This document shows, piece after piece, positions 54,523 to 58,344 of a DNA stretch of 58,344 nt. Source of the DNA: an uncultured Candidatus Saccharibacteria bacterium (lineage in GTDB: Bacteria; Patescibacteriota; Saccharimonadia; Saccharimonadales; CAZVRA01); NCBI GenBank assembly GCA_964630055.1, contig CAZVRA010000004.1, forward strand, positions 1 through 58,344, given 5' to 3'. Each line of letters begins with the position of its first letter. Positions within the stretch are counted from its first letter, which is position 1. The notes beneath the pieces were generated by a model. It saw only the letters and a program-made list of their open reading frames with translations, was not told where the DNA came from and did no database searches. A program made the translations under genes and the position numbers.

Positions 54523-55754
54523 AGCTGGTTTTTAGATGCCCGTTTAATGCTGGCATCCATTTTGTTAAGGGTGTTTTGCAGACGGTCTTCTTGTTCTTTG
54601 ACGGTGGTGCTAAGTTGTTGTTTGTCAATCATGTCTGCGTTGGCGTCTTCTAGAAAGTGCAGCTTGGCGTTTTTGCGGGCCAAAAGATTGCCAGCGGCTT
54701 TGTCGGCCGCCGACCACTCGTAATTCATATAAATTGGGGTATATTTTGCAGCCACAATACTTTTTTGAGTGGTGTCTATTTCCATACCGGCCACAATATT
54801 AAATAAGCTTTCTGGAGTTTCTTGGCTGTTTAAAAAGTTACCCAAGCTGTACCAAACAAGCGTTTTTTTGCCATCTTTTGCAGGTATCCAGGCTGCTGGC
54901 TGCAAGACGTGGGGGCCATGGCCCAAAATGACGGTGGCGCCATTGTCGGCCAGGAACTGGGCATCGGACTTTTGACTGGCGTTTACCTCCGATGAGTACT
55001 CGGTGCCCCAACGCATACTAACGATTATTATTTCGGCGCCCTGATTTTTGGCCTGGGCAATCTGCTTGGCAGCAAAATCGCGCGAAAAAACATTGGCACC
55101 GTAACTATTTTGCGCCTGGGCACTGGCATTCATGTAGGTGGTGTAGGCCAAAAAGGCGCATTTAACACCCTTGACAGTAAATGTTGACACGGCGTCGTGC
55201 GCCTGTTGATTTTTATTTTGGCCAACCACAGCTAGCATATTTGGCTGCTGCGCCCAGGCGTCGACGCTGGAGTCGATAACAGCCTGAGTTTTGTCGAAGC
55301 TATGATTAGAGGCGGTATTTACCAAATTGCAACCTAGTTTGTTCATGCTGATCACAAAATCTGTCGGTGAGTTAAATTTTGGGTAACCGCTTATGCCAAA
55401 AGCTTGGCCGCCGTTTAAGATAGGGTCGTTGCAAAACCTGATGTCGTAGCGTTTAAATAGCGGCAAAAAATCGCTCATCATTGGCAGGTAATCGTAGCTG
55501 CCATCAGGCTTTTTGGCGTTGGCGTTGATTGTGTCGTGGGCAATAAAGTCGCCGGTTGCCAAAAGGCTAATTGTGGAGTCACTAGGCCCGGCAGAAGAGT
55601 GACTGTCTGTTGGCCCATCGGCTTTTTTAGATTTTGGTGTAGCACTTTTATGTCTATAGAAGAGCCAGCAGCAGCCAAGTATGGCGCTGGCAATGATTAA
55701 AAACACAATTTTCATCTTTTTGCTTTTGTTGTTTCTGCGGGGGTTCAGCCTCAT
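54519..55754 (-). CDS. CapA/PgsA-family metallophosphatase-like protein (second paralog)
   Basis: 411 aa. N-terminal TM helix. LATGDFIAHD, NTASNHSFDK and WYSLGNFLNSQ motifs. Confidence 0.7.
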   Translation of the reverse strand: MRLNPRRNNKSKKMKIVFLIIASAILGCCWLFYRHKSATPKSKKADGPTDSHSSAGPSDSTISLLATGDFIAHDTINANAKKPDGSYDYLPMMSDFLPLFKRYDIRFCNDPILNGGQAFGISGYPKFNSPTDFVISMNKLGCNLVNTASNHSFDKTQAVIDSSVDAWAQQPNMLAVVGQNKNQQAHDAVSTFTVKGVKCAFLAYTTYMNASAQAQNSYGANVFSRDFAAKQIAQAKNQGAEIIIVSMRWGTEYSSEVNASQKSDAQFLADNGATVILGHGPHVLQPAAWIPAKDGKKTLVWYSLGNFLNSQETPESLFNIVAGMEIDTTQKSIVAAKYTPIYMNYEWSAADKAAGNLLARKNAKLHFLEDANADMIDKQQLSTTVKEQEDRLQNTLNKMDASIKRASKNQL

Positions 55755-55848
55755 TGGCTATATTATATACCTTTACGCTGGTTTGGGCCTCATTTGCGAT
55801 ATTTGTTTTGGTTGTGGTTTGGCGGGACTAGGCATATAATAAATCAAA

Positions 55849-56700
55849 ATGACTAAGCACATGACAACAAATGGAACAAACGGATTGGCCAAAAAGATTG
55901 TTGCGGTAGTCGCGTTTTTTGTGTCGCTTGCCGTAAACGGTTTGGCTGGGACAACAATAATTGGCGGCAACACCACGGCTCAGGTTTCGGATTCGTACCC
56001 AAACTTGTTTGCGCCGGCCGGTGTGACTTTTGCAATTTGGGGAGTGATATATCTGTTGTTGATAATGTTTTGTGTTCGGTTGTTTATTACACCAAAAAAT
56101 CAGACTAAAAAAACCACCCAGTTGCTTGAGCAGGTTACCGAAAAGTTCATTTTGCTTAGTGGTCTCAATGCGGTGTGGCTGATTGCTTGGCAGTATCGAG
56201 TGTTGTGGTTGTCGGTGTTGTTGATTATTGCGATGCTTATAACGCTTATCAAGATATCGTTTGTTTTGACTGAGCACAAAACCATTGGTTGGGATTGGCT
56301 GACCATCAAGCTGCCGTTTAGTGTCTACTTTGGCTGGATTACCGTTGCAACAATTGCAAATATTACAACATTTTTGGTTAGCATTAACTGGAATGGATGG
56401 GGTATTGCTGACCAAACCTGGACAGTGCTAATTTTGATTGTTGGCGCGGTTATTGGCATGACAACGGCTTTCAAACACCATAGCTGGCCGTATCTGGCGG
56501 TGTTTGTGTGGGGTTATTATGGTATTTGGCTCAAGCATACTAGTGCCGTGGGGCATCATAGTAAGTATCCTGCTGTGATATCGACTCTGCAAATACTGCT
56601 GGCAATAATTGCCGTGGCTGCAATTTGGCTGATGTATAAATGGCCCCAGGGGTCAATTGCGGGCCAAAACGAGCCAAAGACTAAGGCTCCTGCTAAATGA
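55849..56700 (+). CDS. TspO/MBR-related multi-pass membrane protein
   Basis: 283 aa. VSDSYPNLFAPAGVTFAIWGVIYLLL resembles the N-terminus of bacterial tryptophan-rich sensory protein-like proteins. Trp-rich helices. Confidence 0.45.
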   Translation: MTKHMTTNGTNGLAKKIVAVVAFFVSLAVNGLAGTTIIGGNTTAQVSDSYPNLFAPAGVTFAIWGVIYLLLIMFCVRLFITPKNQTKKTTQLLEQVTEKFILLSGLNAVWLIAWQYRVLWLSVLLIIAMLITLIKISFVLTEHKTIGWDWLTIKLPFSVYFGWITVATIANITTFLVSINWNGWGIADQTWTVLILIVGAVIGMTTAFKHHSWPYLAVFVWGYYGIWLKHTSAVGHHSKYPAVISTLQILLAIIAVAAIWLMYKWPQGSIAGQNEPKTKAPAK

Positions 56701-57101
56701 TTGATCAAGTTATAAAGCTGCTCGTGGCTGGCGGTGTTATGGGCGCGCTGGACTTTGTCTGGCTAGGGTTTGTGGCCAAAAAACTTTATGCTGGGGAAAT
56801 AGGCAAGATATTGCTCGACAAGCCAAATATGCTTGCTGCGCTAATATTTTACGCAATTTATATAGTTGGCGTGGTGGTGTTTGTGGTTAACCCAGCCATT
56901 AGCAAAAACTCATTGACCCACGCCTTGGTTTACGGCGCTTTTTTTGGGTTTGTGGCTTATGCGACATACGATTTAACCAGCCTAGCGGTGATCAAAGGAT
57001 TTACTACCAAAGTTGTGATTATAGATTTGATCTGGGGAACCTTACTGACAGCCGTGGTGGCCACGATAACTTTTGCCGTTATCCAGAAATGGTTTGCCTA
57101 A
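56697..57101 (+). CDS. DUF2177 family membrane protein
   Basis: 134 aa. LDFVWLGFVAKKLY...GAFFGFVAYATYDLTSLAVIKGF...VIIDLIWGT pattern recalled for DUF2177. Confidence 0.55.
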   Translation: MIDQVIKLLVAGGVMGALDFVWLGFVAKKLYAGEIGKILLDKPNMLAALIFYAIYIVGVVVFVVNPAISKNSLTHALVYGAFFGFVAYATYDLTSLAVIKGFTTKVVIIDLIWGTLLTAVVATITFAVIQKWFA

Positions 57102-57121
57102 GCTTAATCGTGTCGTTTTGA

Positions 57122-57940
57122 TCATGGCCAAAGCCTTGGTATCAAGACCGGGGTTTTGGCGGCGTATTGTTTCCAGCCGGGTTTTGTGTTGACAGCCGCC
57201 TCGGCTAGCGGCACGCCCGATACCTTGATAATAAGATAGCTAAGTAATGACGGTCCGATTAATCCCAGCCAGCCAAAGCGTGAGCCTAGCGACATCAGTC
57301 CAATACCCCACCAGAGCAGGATTTCGCCAAAGTAGTTCGGGTGCCTGGTGACCGACCATAGTCCAGCGGTCATTAACTTGCCGCGGTTAGCCGGATTTTT
57401 GATAAACTGCGCTAGCTGCCAGTCGCCGATTGACTCAAACGTAAAGCCAACTAGCCAGATGATTAACCCTGCGATGTTCCAAAAATTGTGCTGTTGTTTA
57501 TTGATTGAAAGCATCACCGGCAGACAAATTATGGCAGACAATACTGCCTGCGTAGCGAATATTCTGATCAAAGCTTGCGCCGAAACGTGCTTGGCCGGCC
57601 AATTGCTGATGAGTTGCTCGTAACGTTTGTCTATAGATTGGCTGCGCCGCCAACGGCGTAACAGATGGAGGGCAAGCCTAACACCCCAGACCAAAACTAA
57701 GATAACGACCAGCTTGGGCTGCCAGCTTTGGCTCCTTTGTAAGCCAGAAATATATGCCCCAAACAAAGCGATAGCCATAAAGCTAATCGGCCAAAATACA
57801 TCGACAAGATCATAGCGAGATTTGCTAAGTTTGGCTAAAACAAACGCCACGACCATAATTATTAGGCTGCAAGCCAGGGATATCAAAAACAGCTGCCCGA
57901 TCAATTGCCAATTACCTAAATAGATAGAATTCATAACCAT
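57122..57940 (-). CDS. DUF1295 / steroid 5-alpha-reductase-like membrane protein
   Basis: 272 aa. GLWSVTRHPNYFGEILLWWG signature. Confidence 0.8.
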   Translation of the reverse strand: MVMNSIYLGNWQLIGQLFLISLACSLIIMVVAFVLAKLSKSRYDLVDVFWPISFMAIALFGAYISGLQRSQSWQPKLVVILVLVWGVRLALHLLRRWRRSQSIDKRYEQLISNWPAKHVSAQALIRIFATQAVLSAIICLPVMLSINKQQHNFWNIAGLIIWLVGFTFESIGDWQLAQFIKNPANRGKLMTAGLWSVTRHPNYFGEILLWWGIGLMSLGSRFGWLGLIGPSLLSYLIIKVSGVPLAEAAVNTKPGWKQYAAKTPVLIPRLWP

Positions 57941-58180
57941 CTAATTATTGCACGGATTAATGATCGACTGCAAAGATTAGCTCAAAAAGTCAAAATTAAA
58001 ATACAAGGCTTATCAGTGGATAAAAGATTCCGACGCTTCAAGAGCTAGCGGTTTACCAACGCTATCCATTGAAGAATATATAATAATTACACGGAATGCG
58101 AACGAGACTAAATAGGCAAGAGGGCAATTATGTTTTGCTAAATTTGGCTGGGGCGAAGGTTCCTTAATAGAACTTTTTCC

Positions 58181-58264
58181 ATGCAGGAAGATGATCCAAT
58201 AGTCGATGTAGAAGAGATACGTGAACTACTTGATGAGGATATCGAGGAGGGCGGCAATGAATAA
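58181..58264 (+). CDS. Possible 27-aa highly acidic ORF overlapping the start of the PLD paralog
   Basis: MQEDDPIVDVEEIRELLDEDIEEGGNE*. Overlaps the downstream ATG by 8 nt (ATGAATAA). Its 3' part contains the GAGGAGG RBS of the PLD gene. Confidence 0.3.
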   Translation: MQEDDPIVDVEEIRELLDEDIEEGGNE

Positions 58265-58344
58265 CTCATCTCTCTTTGACAACAACACGTTCTACAAAGC
58301 TTTTGAGCGTGATTTAAGGCGTGCTAGGCAGTCGGTAATCATAG
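58257..58344 (+). CDS. PLD-family nuclease paralog, 5' fragment (continues beyond the window)
   Basis: MNNSSLFDNNTFYKAFERDLRRARQSVII aligns with FYDVFARDIQRARQSIIIESPF of the PLD protein at 29211-29717. Confidence 0.6.
   Translation, partial: MNNSSLFDNNTFYKAFERDLRRARQSVII

Noticed and set aside
55828-56415. 195-aa minus-strand ORF
   Set aside because: It is antisense to the TspO-like membrane gene. Its composition is Cys/Asn/Gln-rich and non-protein-like, and it has no RBS.

Overview
This 58.3-kb window is a densely packed bacterial chromosome segment. Genes are short, many overlap by 4 nt, and homopolymer runs are common. Gene content suggests a reduced-genome CPR/Patescibacteria (Saccharibacteria-like) organism, but that is inference only. 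The core backbone includes ligA, htpX, lemA, murF-like, ddl, leuS, rpmF, nusB, rnc, rpsP, a KH protein, trmD, a CHASE histidine kinase with a receiver, a Crp-like regulator, VKOR, a VanY-like peptidase, two CapA-like proteins and a TspO/DUF2177/DUF1295 membrane cluster. There are nine tRNA genes, all with encoded CCA: Ile (partial), Val, Leu-UAA, Cys, Gly, Leu-GAG, Leu-CAG, Phe and Ala. Two accessory segments interrupt the backbone. (1) A low-GC segment at about 6.25-9.27 kb lies between tRNA-Gly and tRNA-Leu and carries an intact IS21-family istA/istB pair plus one acidic ORF. (2) An island of about 16.5 kb (13.6-30.2 kb) lies between convergent tRNA-Phe and tRNA-Ala. The island starts with a large serine recombinase whose 3' end runs antisense into tRNA-Phe. 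It then carries a replication-relaxation-like wHTH gene and a 13-gene translationally coupled operon of small detox/repair-type enzymes. Next comes a divergent locus at 23.9-29.0 kb: a minimal CCA/poly(A)-type nucleotidyltransferase, an unknown protein and an ADP-ribosyltransferase-like protein, facing a GNAT fused to a glutamine-synthetase-like amidoligase, a histidine phosphatase and an XRE regulator. The island ends with a single-HKD PLD nuclease flanked by small acidic ORFs. I consider the 23.9-30.1 kb part the best candidate for an undescribed conflict or nucleic-acid-modification system. A second copy of the small acidic ORF + PLD module begins at the right edge of the window. Other observations are compensated 19:56 tertiary-pair swaps in two tRNAs, a LigA without the Cys4 zinc finger, a MurF-like ligase with a transmembrane N-terminus, mazEF wedged between murF and ddl, and a recurrent TATA(A/C)T-N6-8-ATG arrangement implying leaderless mRNAs. 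I saw no CRISPR array, rRNA gene or reverse transcriptase. All protein family calls come from motif recognition by eye, not database searches.
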